A stretch of DNA of 63,908 nucleotides, counting the filler, from Octopus bimaculoides (Eukaryota), in NCBI RefSeq assembly GCF_001194135.2. It is 5 parts of 5 records of this genome, joined end to end, with 100 filler letters (N's around TTAATTAATTAA, not from the genome) between each part and the next. Parts side by side here need not be neighbours in the genome. Positions count along the whole stretch, not along the records: positions 29,515 to 60,312 come from NC_069001.1; 4 more parts are not named here. One strand, 5' to 3'. Shown in pieces: positions 38,140-50,636 of the stretch. The stretch's first letter is position 1, and each line of letters opens with the position of its first letter. Under the pieces are notes generated by a model. It worked only from the letters and a program-made list of their open reading frames with translations, was not told the DNA's origin and made no database searches. Made by a program: the position numbers and the translations under genes.

Positions 38140-38885
38140 TTGAAGAATTTAATAAAATAACTTTGTCATTATTAATCTGGTATTCAGAATATAAATTAGC
38201 ATGAAAATTTTAATGGGAGGTTTTAATTTAAATCACTTTAAAGCTTGAAGTTTGTATCACAGAACCAAAGACAGTCACAAGTCGGTCGGTACCAAAAAGG
38301 ATCATTATTGTTATGATATTTCTGTTGAAATATCTTAACTTTTGTCATTATTAATCTGGTATTTGCAACATAAATTAACATGAAATTTTGATAGAAGCTT
38401 TTAATTTAAAATAGTTTAAAGCATGAAGTTTGAATTGTAGAATTAAAGGCAGTCTTGGACAGGTATCAGAAGGGTTAACCATTTTGTAATGATATTTCTG
38501 TTGAAATATGCTGCTTTTTTTGTTTCAAGTAATTTTGAAAGTAATGAAGAATTTAGTGAAATAACTTTGTCATTATTAAGATGGTGCTTGTTTGATGGAA
38601 GAGGTTGTTTGTTTTAATTCAACATCAAACATGAAGAATGTATCGTAGAATTAAGGGCAGTCTGAGGCTGGTTTGTATCAGATGGCTTAACCCTTTTGTT
38701 ACCATATTTTTGTTGAAATGCACTGCTTTTATTTCGAATGATATTGTCATTATTCGGTGTTTGGAACATGAATTAACATGAAATTCTGATGGTAAGTTAT
38801 AATTTAGATCATTTTAAAACAAGAAGTTTGTTCCATAAAACTAGGAGTGGTGGTCTGAGGTGGATTGGTATCAAAAGAAGTTTAA
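38140..38885 (+). mobile_element. Four head-to-tail ~170-210-bp MITE units, piggyBac-like ends
   Basis: Repeated body AACTTTGTCATTATTAA...ACATGAAATT. Junctions GGTATCAGAAGGG-TTAA-CCATTTTG (TTAA 38475-38478) and -TTAA-CCCTTTTGTTACC (38687-38690). The end reads GGTATCAAAAG..TTAA (38882-38885). Confidence 0.7.
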
Positions 38886-38937
38886 GAAATCCTTGAAAAA
38901 CTATCATCAGGTTAAATGGAAGTTAGAAATAGAAGTA

Positions 38938-39940
38938 CAGTAAAACCATCCATTTAACAGACTCCAGTTCAACATACAGATATAACAACATCAACAATAA
39001 TAACCCTTTCTACAGTAGGCACAAGACCTGAAATTTTAGTGGGAAGGGGGCTAAGTCGATTACATTGACCCCAGTGTTCAACTGGTACTTATTTTATCAA
39101 CCTTGAAAGAAGTCGACCTCAACAGAATTTGAACTCAGAATGTAAGAACAGCCAAACTGTTGCTGAGCGTTTTTTTTTTGTTTTTTTTGCCAGGCATGCA
39201 TACAATTCTGCCAGCTCACGACCTTAACAATAACATAGATAATATTAATGGTTTAAAATTCTGGCACAAGGCCAGCAATCTTTTTTGAGGACGAGGGGGT
39301 CAAGTTGATTAAATCAACTCCAGTACGCAACTGGTACTTATCTTATCAACCCTGAAAGGATGAAAGGTAAAGTCAACCTTGGTGGAATTTGAACTCAGAA
39401 CATAGAGATGGACAAAAATCTGCTAAGCATTTTGCCCGGCATGCTAACAAGTCTGCCAGCTCACTGCCTTAATAATAATAATAATAATCATGCAATACTG
39501 TACTACCACTAGCATCACAGCAAAATACTTTTCAACTGTACATAGATTTAATATGCATGTAAATTTATGTAAACATACATTTTGTCTTGCCATGTGTGTA
39601 TGTATAAGCACACACACACATATATATATATATCTGTGTGTATACACATACATACATACACACACATGGATAGATAGGTATATTATGTTATAGAAAAACG
39701 TTTTGGTTTGATTAAAAATTTACATGTTTCATTCATTAAAAAATTTGATATCTTTTATTATAATTTAATCATTTTAATTTTTCTTTTTGTGTTATAGTGT
39801 AATTTGTATTTAAGTTTTTTTTTTATAATTAATTTTTTTTTTAAAAATGACTCCCAGATTACCTCTGATTTAATGGACTCTCAGTATTAACAGACACATG
39901 ATCTGCGCTGTTATGAGTCCATTAAATTAAGGGCTTACTG
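38938..39940. mobile_element. pogo/Tigger-like MITE with TA target duplication, carrying two nested SINE B copies
   Basis: The left end CAGTAAAACCATCCATTTAACAGACTC is an imperfect inverted match to the right end GAGTCCATTAAATTAAGGGCTTACTG. TA at 38936-38937 and 39941-39942. A paralogous empty site lies at ~37852-37945. Confidence 0.7.
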
Positions 39941-40704
39941 TAAGTTTAATTTCTGATCCAAAGAAGCTTCCATACTTTTCAGCAGTAACAAGCAGCAACA
40001 GCAGCAGCAACATCAGCAGTAATTTAGGAATAAAAAACAAAAACAAAAAAAAAAACAAGATTTCTTNNNNNNNNNNNNNNNNNNNNNNNNNNNNNNNNNN
40101 NNNNNNNNNNNNNNNNNNNNNNNNNNNNNNNNNNNNNNNNNNNNNNNNNNNNNNNNNNNNNNNNNNNNNNNNNNNNNNNNNNNNNNNNNNNNNNNNNNNN
40201 NNNNNNNNNNNNNNNNNNNNNNNNNNNNNNNNNNNNNNNNNNNNNNNNNNNNNNNNNNNNNNNNNNNNNNNNNNNNNNNNNNNNNNNNNNNNNNNNNNNN
40301 NNNNNNNNNNNNNNNNNNNNNNNNNNNNNNNNNNNNNNNNNNNNNNNNNNNNNNNNNNNNNNNNNNNNNNNNNNNNNNNNNNNNNNNNNNNNNNNNNNNN
40401 NNNNNNNNNNNNNNNNNNNNNNNNNNNNNNNNNNNNNNNNNNNNNNNNNNNNNNNNNNNNNNNNNNNNNNNNNNNNNNNNNNNNNNNNNNNNNNNNNNNN
40501 NNNNNNNNNNNNNNNNNNNNNNNNNNNNNNNNNNNNNNNNNNNNNNNNNNNNNNNNNNNNNNNNNNNNNNNNNNNNNNNNNNNNNNNNNNNNNNNNNNNN
40601 NNNNNNNNNNNNNNNNNNNNNNNNNNNNNNNNNNNNNNNNNNNNNNNNNNNNNNNNNNNNNNNNNNNNNNNNNNNNNNNNNNNNNNNNNNNNNNNNNNNN
40701 NNNN

Positions 40705-40751
<47 letters not shown>

Positions 40752-41417
40752 TGTTTTAAGTGTGTATAAAAATGTATGCGTACATATGTATATATATGTA
40801 CCAATGTGTGCCTGTATATATGTATATTTCTATGTATACCTATGTATGTATGCATGTATCTATGTGTGAATGTGAGCAGTGTTAAACACTAATGGTATAC
40901 TAATTAGTTACTCCAGTAAACAGAATGGTTACTTATTTCTCTGGGATTGGTCAAGTGTATAAACATCACTGATGAGACCTCAATAAGGATAGAAAATCGA
41001 TTAAGGTTGTTCATCATTTTTTTTAGTCTACAGAGAGATAAGTAGAATCAACCTGTTTGTATGTCTATTATGCGTTTATATATATGTATCTGTATGCATG
41101 TGCAAATGCATTCATATGCACATTTATATTTATATATATCTAAATATCTGGTTATAGCTTTTTCAGTCTATTTACTATATAAAAGTATAAATATGCTTTT
41201 TTATCTATCAGCAAATAAGGTTAGACTTAAACCAAAAAAAAAGAATTAAAAATACCACACGTCTTCATTTATCTATCGTTGTCAGAAGAGAAAAAAAGAA
41301 CTGTGAGAGAGAAAGAGTAAAAAGAAGGGAGAGAAAGATAGAGTGAGAGAAATAAAGACGTCTTCAAAAGGCAAATCACTGGGGTTTTTTTTTCGTTTGT
41401 TTGTTTGTTTGAGATTG

Positions 41418-41618
41418 TTAAGTTTTATTGGCTGGTTTCAAGTCGTTTATATCCACTCCTGTCTTATCTTTCAGATGTTGACACAAAGTTGTTAAGCAAA
41501 GATCCATAACTAAATCCAGAACGACTTGTTCTTCAGGTGAAAATTCTTCCTGCAGGTACATTCCAATCTGGTCTTTTGCTGCTGGACGATCAATGCCAAT
41601 TTTCAGTCTTGTCAATTT
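41418..41618 (-). CDS. PTRH1: Peptidyl-tRNA hydrolase (PTRH1-like), last coding exon
   Basis: KLTRLKIGIDRP...YLQEEFSPEEQ matches the Pth RLRIGIGRP...YVL..F...E motif. Pyrimidine-tract TGTAG acceptor at 41620-41619. TAA at 41420-41418. Confidence 0.88.
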   Translation of the reverse strand, partial: KLTRLKIGIDRPAAKDQIGMYLQEEFSPEEQVVLDLVMDLCLTTLCQHLKDKTGVDINDLKPANKT

Positions 41619-41645
41619 CTACAAAGAAAGAGAAAAAAAAAATGA

Positions 41646-41704
<59 letters not shown>

Positions 41705-41929
41705 TCTTTTCTGCAATATGCACAAGCCTGGAATTTGTGGAGAGGGGGGATAGTCAATGACACTGACCCCAGTACTTGACTGGTACTTAATTTATCGACC
41801 CTGTAAGGATGAAACCCAAAGTCGATCCCAGCGGAATTTGAACTCAGACCATAAAGATGGATGAAAAGCTGCTAAGCATTTTGGTCCAGCATGCTAACAG
41901 TTCTGCCAGCTTTTTGCCTTAATAATAAT

Positions 41930-41972
<43 letters not shown>

Positions 41973-43397
41973 AGTGTGTGTTGCAGAGATAGGTTTGGGA
42001 GTGTGTTTAAAAAGTTTGCTTCCCAACCACAGGGTTTCAGGCTCAGTCCCACCACAGGGCACCTTGGGCAAGTGTCTTCAACTACAGCCTGAGAGTACCA
42101 AAGTCTTGAGAGTGGATTTCATAGAAGTAAACTGGAAGAATGTGAATATATATATATATATATATATATATANNNNNNNNNNNNNNNNNNNNNNNNNNNN
42201 NNNNNNNNNNNNNNNNNNNNNNNNNNNNNNNNNNNNNNNNNNNNNNNNNNNNNNNNNNNNNNNNNNNNNNNNNNNNNNNNNNNNNNNNNNNNNNNNNNNN
42301 NNNNNNNNNNNNNNNNNNNNNNNNNNNNNNNNNNNNNNNNNNNNNNNNNNNNNNNNNNNNNNNNNNNNNNNNNNAAAAGACAGTCCTTAAACAGACTGCA
42401 TGTTGGTGGTGGTGGTGGTGGTGGTGGTAGTAGTGGTGGTGGTGGTGGTGGTGGTAGTGGTGGTGGTGGTAGTGTGCGTTTTTAGGGATCCCATTACATC
42501 ATATATAAAGATATAATTTCATACTGTTCTTTTATTCTTTTAGTCGTATCAGTCATTTGACTGCGGCCATGCTGGAGCATCACCTCTCGTCAAGCAAATC
42601 AACACCCAGGACTTATTCTTTGTAAGCCTACGACTTATTCTATTCTATCGGTCTCTTTTGCCAAATTGCTAGGTTATGGGGATGTAAACACACCAACGTC
42701 GGTTGTCAAGCGATGGTTGGTGGGTGGGGGAACAAACAAACGCACACACGTTTGTTATTTTTTAAAACATGAAGAACCTAACAACCGAGCTGCATCTGCT
42801 GCCATGAGATATCATCGACCATAGTTAAATGCCAACCAAAGAATTACTGCATTGACTCAGAAAAGAAACACAACAGAATCAGTTTAAAAGATTATATAAA
42901 CTGACTTTTTAAAGAATATCAGATTAAATCAGATTAAAAGATTAGCCCCTCAGACACACATATACACACACACATCTTGCACGTTAGGGCAATATATCAT
43001 CTTGGTATAAGTACTATCGCACCTGGTCACACTTACAGACTTTTGATGACCTTTAGATGGACAGAAAGCAAAGAAATAAATAAGAACATCATTCAGTACA
43101 GAAAGAGAAAGGGAGAGAGAGAGTTAGGGAGAGGGGAAGGATAAGGAGAATAAGGGATAGAGGGGGAATATGAAGGTAAAAGAGAGAGAGGGACAGAGGG
43201 AAAAGAAAGAGAGAAGAGACACAGACAGAAAGAGAGTGGGCAGAGAGAGAGAGAGAAAGAGAAAGTGAGAAGGGAGAAATAAGAGAAAGAGAGAGAAAAG
43301 AGAGAAAGATGAGAGAGATATGTTGGATGAATGTGATCAACAACAGCAACAACAACAACATCAACAACAACAGATGTTCCATTAGTCGTAAACTTAC

Positions 43398-43497
43398 TTG
43401 GCTGAGCCTCCATTCTTCAAAGCGATCTTGCCCATTCTGCGGCCAATGTCATCATGGATGAGGTAGACATTCTCTGGTGGGACATCGAAATGACGAG
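43398..43497 (-). CDS. PTRH1: PTRH1-like internal exon (100 nt)
   Basis: TTTCAG acceptor and GTAAGT donor. Joined to the upstream exon it reads ARHFDVPPENVYLIHDDIGRRMGKIALKNGGSA(K/N), containing the HDD and GGSA motifs. Confidence 0.9.
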
Positions 43498-44009
43498 CTG
43501 AAAGAGACAATCAGTGAGAGAGAGGTCAAGTGGTGGCAGATGTAGTGGAAGCTTGTTTTGCAACCACAAGGTTTCAGGTTCAGTCCTACAGTGTGGCACT
43601 TGGGGCAAGTGCCTTCTGCTATAGTCCTGGGCCAACCGATGCCTTGTGATGGAAAACTGTGTGTAAACCCCTTGCCATCATCATCATCATCATTGAATAT
43701 CTGTTTTCTATGCTGGCATGGGTTGGACAGTTTGACAAGAGCTGGTAGGCCAGAGGACTACACCAAACTTGATGCCCTTCCCAATGCCAACCACTTTACA
43801 GAGTGGACTCGGTGCTTTTTTTGTGTGGCACCGGCACCAGTGAGATGGCCAAGTAACTTACAAGACAAGGTTCTTCAGCTGAGGCAGGTGGAGCAATTAT
43901 TGAGGAGGTTGGCTCTGTGTCAGGTGAAAAGAGGTTAGGGGACGAGTAAAGGGACAGGAATAAGTGTATGGATGTGTATGTATGTGTTGAGGGTATGTGT
44001 CTGGAGAGA

Positions 44010-44048
<39 letters not shown>

Positions 44049-44094
44049 GTGAGAGAGAATCTTTAGAAATTGTAGTCGAAAGAGATCTCCTTAC

Positions 44095-44311
44095 CTGCCT
44101 TTGAAACACTGGTTCCATTTACCATCATTGGAATCTGTGGTTTCAGGAGAATCAGGCTGACATCGTCAAGTTTGCTCACAGCAACGTGTCCGGCCACAGT
44201 CTCTTTGTCGTCTTTCCATTGTAGTTTCAGCTCGTCGGCCAAACAGTCAAGAAGCTGCAGACCGACACTGTGTCTGGTCAATGATAGTTTATCATGGCCA
44301 AGACCAACGAT
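44095..44311 (-). CDS. PTRH1: PTRH1-like internal exon (217 nt)
   Basis: IVGLGHDKLSLTRHSVGLQLLD...LLKPQIPMMVNGTSVSKA corresponds to Pth GLGN/TRH/LLKP..MN motifs. TTTCAG acceptor and G|GTAAGG donor. The first exon was not located. Confidence 0.9.
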
Positions 44312-45210
44312 CTGAAATTCAAGAAGAAACATTTGTGTGTATAACAAATGGTGTTGTGGTTTTAGGTTGGCGTTTAAAATGGATTCTGATGAAGAGAGGA
44401 TTCAGTAATTAACTGGAAATAATTACAGGGTGAGATGGATGGATGGATGGATTGATGGTTTTGTGGATGGATAAATATACAGACTGACAAACAGATGAAT
44501 AGCGAGATAAATAGAGAGATAGGTATATATATATATACATATATATATATTCTTGAGCGTCAAACTAATACACCTGTTTGTTGTTTATACACCTGTCTTT
44601 GTCTTTTGTTTTTCTGTAAATTTCAACTATATATATATATATATATATATATTCTTTTATTCTTTTACTTGTTTCGGTGATTTGACTGTGGCCATGCTGG
44701 AGCACCGCCTTCAGTCGAACAAATTGTATGTATGTATGTTACATATTCTTTTATTGATGTAGTAACTGCCATTATTTTTATCATCATTGTTTTAACATTC
44801 ACTTTTCCTGACAAGCCCAGGTCAGACAGAATTTTTTGAGTCATATTTTCCATGGCTTGGTACCCTTGGCTGTTGCCAACCCTTGTCGATTTCCAAGCAA
44901 GGTAAAATTTCATCATGGCCAGACATGTTTGCAAAGAATATTGGAAATAAATGACACCGTTTGAATTACAGTGACAATGATTTGCAACTTTCACACAGTG
45001 TCAAGACAAGGATACACCAACTCATGCACAGACACAAACATGCACAGACACACATATACATAAATACATACATACATTATACATACATACATTATACATA
45101 CATATATACACACAAGCAAGCACATAAATGCAAAACATGGTGGTAAAAATGGTACTCAAATACCAAAGGCAAATCTGATATTTATTAAAGCCGAAAAAAA
45201 TCATGACAAA

Positions 45211-45248
45211 CTGTAACTCAGAGTTTCACATTACCATTCGTCAGACAG
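45211..45248 (-). ncRNA. Minimal type I hammerhead ribozyme motif
   Basis: Minus strand CUGU-CUGACGA-AUG-guaa-UGU-GAAA-C-ucuga-GUU-ACAG. Stem I is perfect. Stem II is a weak 3 bp with a GNRA loop. Confidence 0.6.
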
Positions 45249-45283
45249 GTGAGATGACTGAAAATTTGTTCTGCTTCAATAAA

Positions 45284-45317
<34 letters not shown>

Positions 45318-48300
45318 ACGGCCACCAATTTTTTTTTCTTTCCTTCATTTCTTTTTTTAACATTAAAAACTGGTTATAACCGTAATCTGCACCAGCTGAA
45401 AGGTTGAAAGGTATTTGTAGAATATTTCATCAAGAAATACCCATTTTACTGAAAGTTATGAGGAAACGCGGTGGGGTGAGGGTGGTGGAGAGAGGGGGGA
45501 GGCCGAAGAGATTATCAACCATTTCTAGGACAGTGACCACATATGCTTGTATGTATGCATAATTTTGTGAAGGTCCGATTCCTTCTCATACATTGCAACG
45601 CAATTATAGAAAATTAAAATAGCGACAACATCGGTGAAGAATCGTTGAGAATTTAAAATCAGTCCATCACTGAAAAAGAGGAGGTGCCTGATAATGTATT
45701 TCATGATTTATTTCATAAGTACTACACGTAACCCTAACCCTAACCTACACACTCACGATCACGGTTTCGATTCCCATACCGAGCGGAGCGTTGTGTTCTT
45801 GAGCAAAACACTTTTGTTTTTACGTTGCTCCGCGATCACTTCGACATCTAACTTGTTGCCTCACCGTTTTTTTGTACGGACAATATCGATTTGATGGAGC
45901 AAGTATCCAACACATGCAATTCATCGCTAAAACCAAATCATTTGTGCAGGTTGTTTACACCTCGTCGTCGTCTAACGACGAAGAGTCCGTATACGTACAT
46001 ACATATATATATACACACACATTGACATAGATGTATATATAAATATAAAACAATACACAATATAAATGGCTGCATACACACGTACAGACGTCCACACACA
46101 CACATAGATATGTCTGTATAAGGAAGAATGCAGCAAAAACAATGAGTCATTTTCACGAACTCACGCATGTATTTGTATTGTATTATGTGTATAAATTATG
46201 AAGCTTCGCACCGAACACAATGGTCGTTTCACAAAGAACTGCACACACAAATGTATATGCGGTGTGTGTGTGTAGGTAGGTAGGTACGTATGTCCACGAA
46301 TGTATGAAAGCACTTATATAACATGTAGGAACGTATGTTTATGTATACATGCATGTATGCACGTATGTACATATCTAGGCATTCGTATGTGTATGCATGT
46401 GTATAATGCAGGTATGTAACCATGTATCTCTCTCCATATACGCGCGTGTGAGAGAGAGAGAGAGAGAATATGGGTCACTTCACGACGAACACACTACACA
46501 CAAATGTCTACATATGTATGTATGTGTTTTTATATATACATATATATACATATTGAGCACACACACACACTTGTATTGTTTATTATACGTGCATGAATGA
46601 ATGATTCTACAACTAGCGCCGACAGCATCTTGCATAGGGCGTTCCTCTAACTTCAACGCATGCAGGTACACGTATGTCCACCCCATCTACAGCGGGGTGT
46701 GTCATAGAAGAGATTGACTTTTCCAAGACTACAGCAGTCTCAATTGTCACTTTTAAAAGTGCACGGAACCTTTTCCCAGACCTACCCACCTCTCTCTCTC
46801 TCTCACTCTTTCCGCTTAGGCCTCTATAACCCTCTCACCAATTCTCTCCTCCACTTCCTCCTACTTCACCGGTTCTACCACTTTCATGTCCCCTTCCTCT
46901 CCTTCCACACTCTCTAGTGGTTTTGCTTTTAACCCTCCGTCCTTCCATACACACTCTTTCTTCCTTTGTCTACTCATCACCAATTCTCTCCTCCGCTTCC
47001 TCATACCAAACTTCTATCGTCTGCCTCTATCGTTTTACTTTCACTTCCTCCTACTTCGTCGTTCCGCCACTTTCCTTCTCCCTTAATTCCCCCCCTTCCT
47101 CTCTCTCCGTCTCAATCTATATAGTCTTCTTGCTTTTCACTCTCCGCCACTATTTTCTGTTCTCTTTCTCACTTTCTCCCTCTTCCCTTTTTCTCACTCT
47201 CACTAATCTTCTTCCTTTCACCTCTCCCTCTTCCCACTACTTAATCTCTCTCGCCACTCTCTCTCACGGCTTACATTGCACACAGGTCGTTGGCTCTGTT
47301 CCTGACGTAAAAGCGGCAATGCACGCAGCCACATGCATATCACAACACAGATGCATGATGGAAATAGACCCAAGCTAGGCTAGAACAATAACACTAGATT
47401 TAAAACACGGTAGGAATAAAAATAACAAACCCCAACTGTCGAAATACCTAATATACTATTTCTGTTCTACTCGATGTTGGATTCCTTTCCTAGTTTCAGT
47501 CCTTGCGGCCTTGCAGGAGCATTCTTTTTTCTTTCTTTTCCTCTTGTAGGCACAAGGCCTGGCATTTTGGGGGAATGGGCTAATCTATTATATCGATCAC
47601 AATGCTCAACTTGTACTTTATTTTATTGATTCTGAAAGGATGACGGGTAAAGTCGTCGACCTCGGAGGAATTTGAACTCAGAATGTAAAGAGCCGGAAGA
47701 AAGACTGCTAACTAGCTGGTCCGGCGCTTTGTCAGTTCGCCGACTGGCACCTATTATTTTACGAATATTACTATTGACAGTAAAATAATAGGTAACAAAC
47801 CAGTAATTCATTGGATATTTTCTATCCCTTAAGGTGATTATTATAATTTATATATATCACACTTCCAGGCTAATTGCATGTAATGTGTATAGTGCAACGA
47901 AATACAAAAATATATATTTAAAAAGATACATATAAAATCGCTGCTTGCTGCCAAGNNNNNNNNNNNNNNNNNNNNNNNNNNNNNNNNNNNNNNNNNNNNN
48001 NNNNNNNNNNNNNNNNNNNNNNNNNNNNNNNNNNNNNNNNNNNNNNNNNNNNNNNNNNNNNNNNNNNNNNNNNNNNNNNNNNNNNNNNNNNNNNNNNNNN
48101 NNNNNNNNNNNNNNNNNNNNNNNNNNNNNNNNNNNNNNNNNNNNNNNNNNNNNNNNNNNNNNNNNNNNNNNNNNNNNNNNNNNNNNNNNNNNNNNNNNNN
48201 NNNNNNNNNNNNNNNNNNNNNNTTTCTTTGGCCCTTGTGGTCAATAAAGAAAGTAAGGCGGCGATGCTAGCAGAATTCTTGATGGATCGGATAAAATCTT

Positions 48301-48620
48301 TAACGCTATTTCTTTCGGCTCTTTTTTAGTCGAACAAATGGATTCCAGGACATATATTTTGGGGCATGTCTGCTTGTTACTATGGAAACAGGTATAAATG
48401 TCTCTGTGGCTTACGATTGGTTATCAAATTCACTCACGAGGCATTGGTGGTCGGCCCGGGGACGAAATTTTTTTTTTCCCTCAAGAGTTTTGGACTCCAG
48501 TAATGAACTCATTTGCATACAGCCAATCAGAGTAGAGCCACCTTTATCCTTTCTTCCTTACTCTTTCCCTCTCTACTGGCAGACAGCAACTTCTAACTAC
48601 CTGGCAGGCAAACGAATTAC

Positions 48621-48793
48621 TCTTTTACTTGTTTCAGTCATTTGACTGCGGCCATGCTGGAGCACCGCCTTTAGTCGAGCAAATCGATCCCAGGACTTAT
48701 TCTTTGTAAGCCTAGTACTTATTCTATCGGCCTCTTTTGCCGAACCGCTAAGTTACGGGACGTAAACACACCAGCATCGGTTGTCAAACATAT

Positions 48794-48840
<47 letters not shown>

Positions 48841-48945
48841 TACGACGGGCTTCTTTCAGTTTCCGTCTTGCCCAAGGTACCACGTAATAGAACTGAACTG
48901 GAAACCACATGGTAGCAAAACGAACTTTTTTAACCACACACCTAT
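48621..48945 (-). mobile_element. tRNA-SINE family A, young copy with internal deletion
   Basis: The tail is nearly identical to 59290-59460 in reverse. Confidence 0.9.
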
Positions 48946-49399
48946 GTGTCTATACCATCGAGGTCCATCCACACCATGAAAATCAAACAGTTTTTGTCGT
49001 CATCGTCCTGGCAACAACTAAAAACAATTTCAACTGATCTCTGCTACAGCCTGTGTAACTTTTATGTTGGACAATATCTTTCTTAAATTATAATTAGATA
49101 TCCATTTCCAAAATAATCTCGTCTGCTGGTTAATAATTAGCAAATGGAAAAAAATCAAACACCACTTACAATAATTAGTTTCGTTTGGGTCGGGGTATGT
49201 AATATATGGGGATGGGGAGCTGTTGCACTTTTCATTGACAATTCCACCGCTACAGATTCTGGAGAACCTCCCTCTATCTCTCTCTCACCCACCCCCAACC
49301 TCTGCTTACCCACATACCCCTACCTCTACCCCCCACCCTCAGCCTAACCCAAACCCCACCCGTGCTTTCCCCCACCTCCCAACACCCTCACATCACACC

Positions 49400-49900
49400 A
49401 CGCTACACCATATCAATCTGTGCTGGGTCATGGTCGATCGCAGCCAAGTTTTGAGTCTCCGCAGAATGCTAAAAGATCTTCCGTCTTCACAAGAACTGGT
49501 CGGAAACACTAAAAGCAGTCTGAGCAATCGTTCAACATTTGCGAACAAGCGACGGGCTTCTGGTCGCATTTCACCGAATATTTTACGATGATCTACAATG
49601 ATGATTTCCATAAAAAAAGTATTTCGTTCCTTAGTGAAAATTCCACAAGCTCTGGATATTCCATGATCACTTCAGCACAAAAATTTCCATTGAGTAAAAT
49701 ATTGATACAATGCTATAATATTATGGCAAATGTTTGGCGTGAGGAAGTGGTGAGAGTCCATTCAGGAAATGGCTGGTAATATTTTAACACTAAAGAGAGT
49801 TGGAGGGGATACAAATACTTCCTTGCATAAACGTCAGAAAACTAATTCCTGCATCGCATATTTAGAAGAAGCAATCCAATAGATAATTATTGCCTCGATT
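49400..49900 (-). mobile_element. hAT transposase C-terminal dimerisation-domain remnant
   Basis: LFANVERLLRLLLVFPTSSCEDGRSFSILRRLKTWLRSTMTQHRL matches the hAT dimerisation motif L.P.SS...ERSFS.LRRLKT.LRSTM.Q.RL. Confidence 0.85.
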
Positions 49901-50560
49901 GGCACAGAGCCACTGTTTCGGGAAGAAGAGAACGAAAGAAATCAGCGTTGGATTATTGAATAGAAAATGCTTTGCGATATTTGTTCCAAGTTTTTTTTTT
50001 TTTATGGTTTGAGTTTGGACTCTGCCGAGGTCAACTTGGTCGCTTAACCTTTCATGTGAAAGATAAGAAAGTGCAAGTTGTCTGGATATTTATCATCCAA
50101 CCAGAAACCAGTAGAAACATGTGCGAAGAGACTGAGATCAGACCACAGCCAAAGAGATGCTAATCTACATTGGAAGGGATATCACAAAACCCCCTATGCT
50201 TGAGAAGGGGTGTGGCTTAATGGCTGGATTATGCGGCTCACAATCGTACGGCTGTGAGTTCGATTCCCAGTGATATGTTGTGACCTTGAGCAAGACACTT
50301 TATTTCACGTTCCTCCAATCCACTCAGCTCAGCAGAAACTTTACTGGAAACTGTTGACTCCTGGCGGGATTTTGAAGCTCAGAATACAACACAAAGAAAT
50401 GTAATGAAATACCACTTGGCATTTGTTTAAGCGCTCAACCGATTCTGCCCTTCCATTATCAGTTATCCACTTTGCTTGCAATACCATAAATATTAAATAC
50501 AAAAACAACAACGGTATTTATATAGGAATGCAGCAGCGAAGACTGCCAAGTTCCTTAGTT

Positions 50561-50636
<76 letters not shown>

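Noticed and set aside
43035-43060. Possible 14-nt micro-exon of PTRH1 (AG...GTAAGT on the minus strand)
   Set aside because: It does not encode GHNG and puts a stop at the junction with the last exon.
44380-44430. CTGATGA...GAAA on the plus strand (similar chance hits near 10226, 20282, 32932, 51225, 58030)
   Set aside because: Each lacks stem I, the NUH site or an adequate stem II.
1539-45248. Hypothesis that intact HHRs are all antisense to host genes
   Set aside because: The motifs at 10688 (-) and 45211 (-) are sense to PLCL and probably PTRH1, and 29046 (+) is sense to the candidate plus-strand gene.
45730-45750. TAACCCTAACCCTAACC telomere-like repeat
   Set aside because: Only ~2.5 units, next to a SINE-like head; not an interstitial telomere.
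7607-48247. Long ORFs in the track spanning N gaps (poly-X)
   Set aside because: Artefacts of translating Ns.
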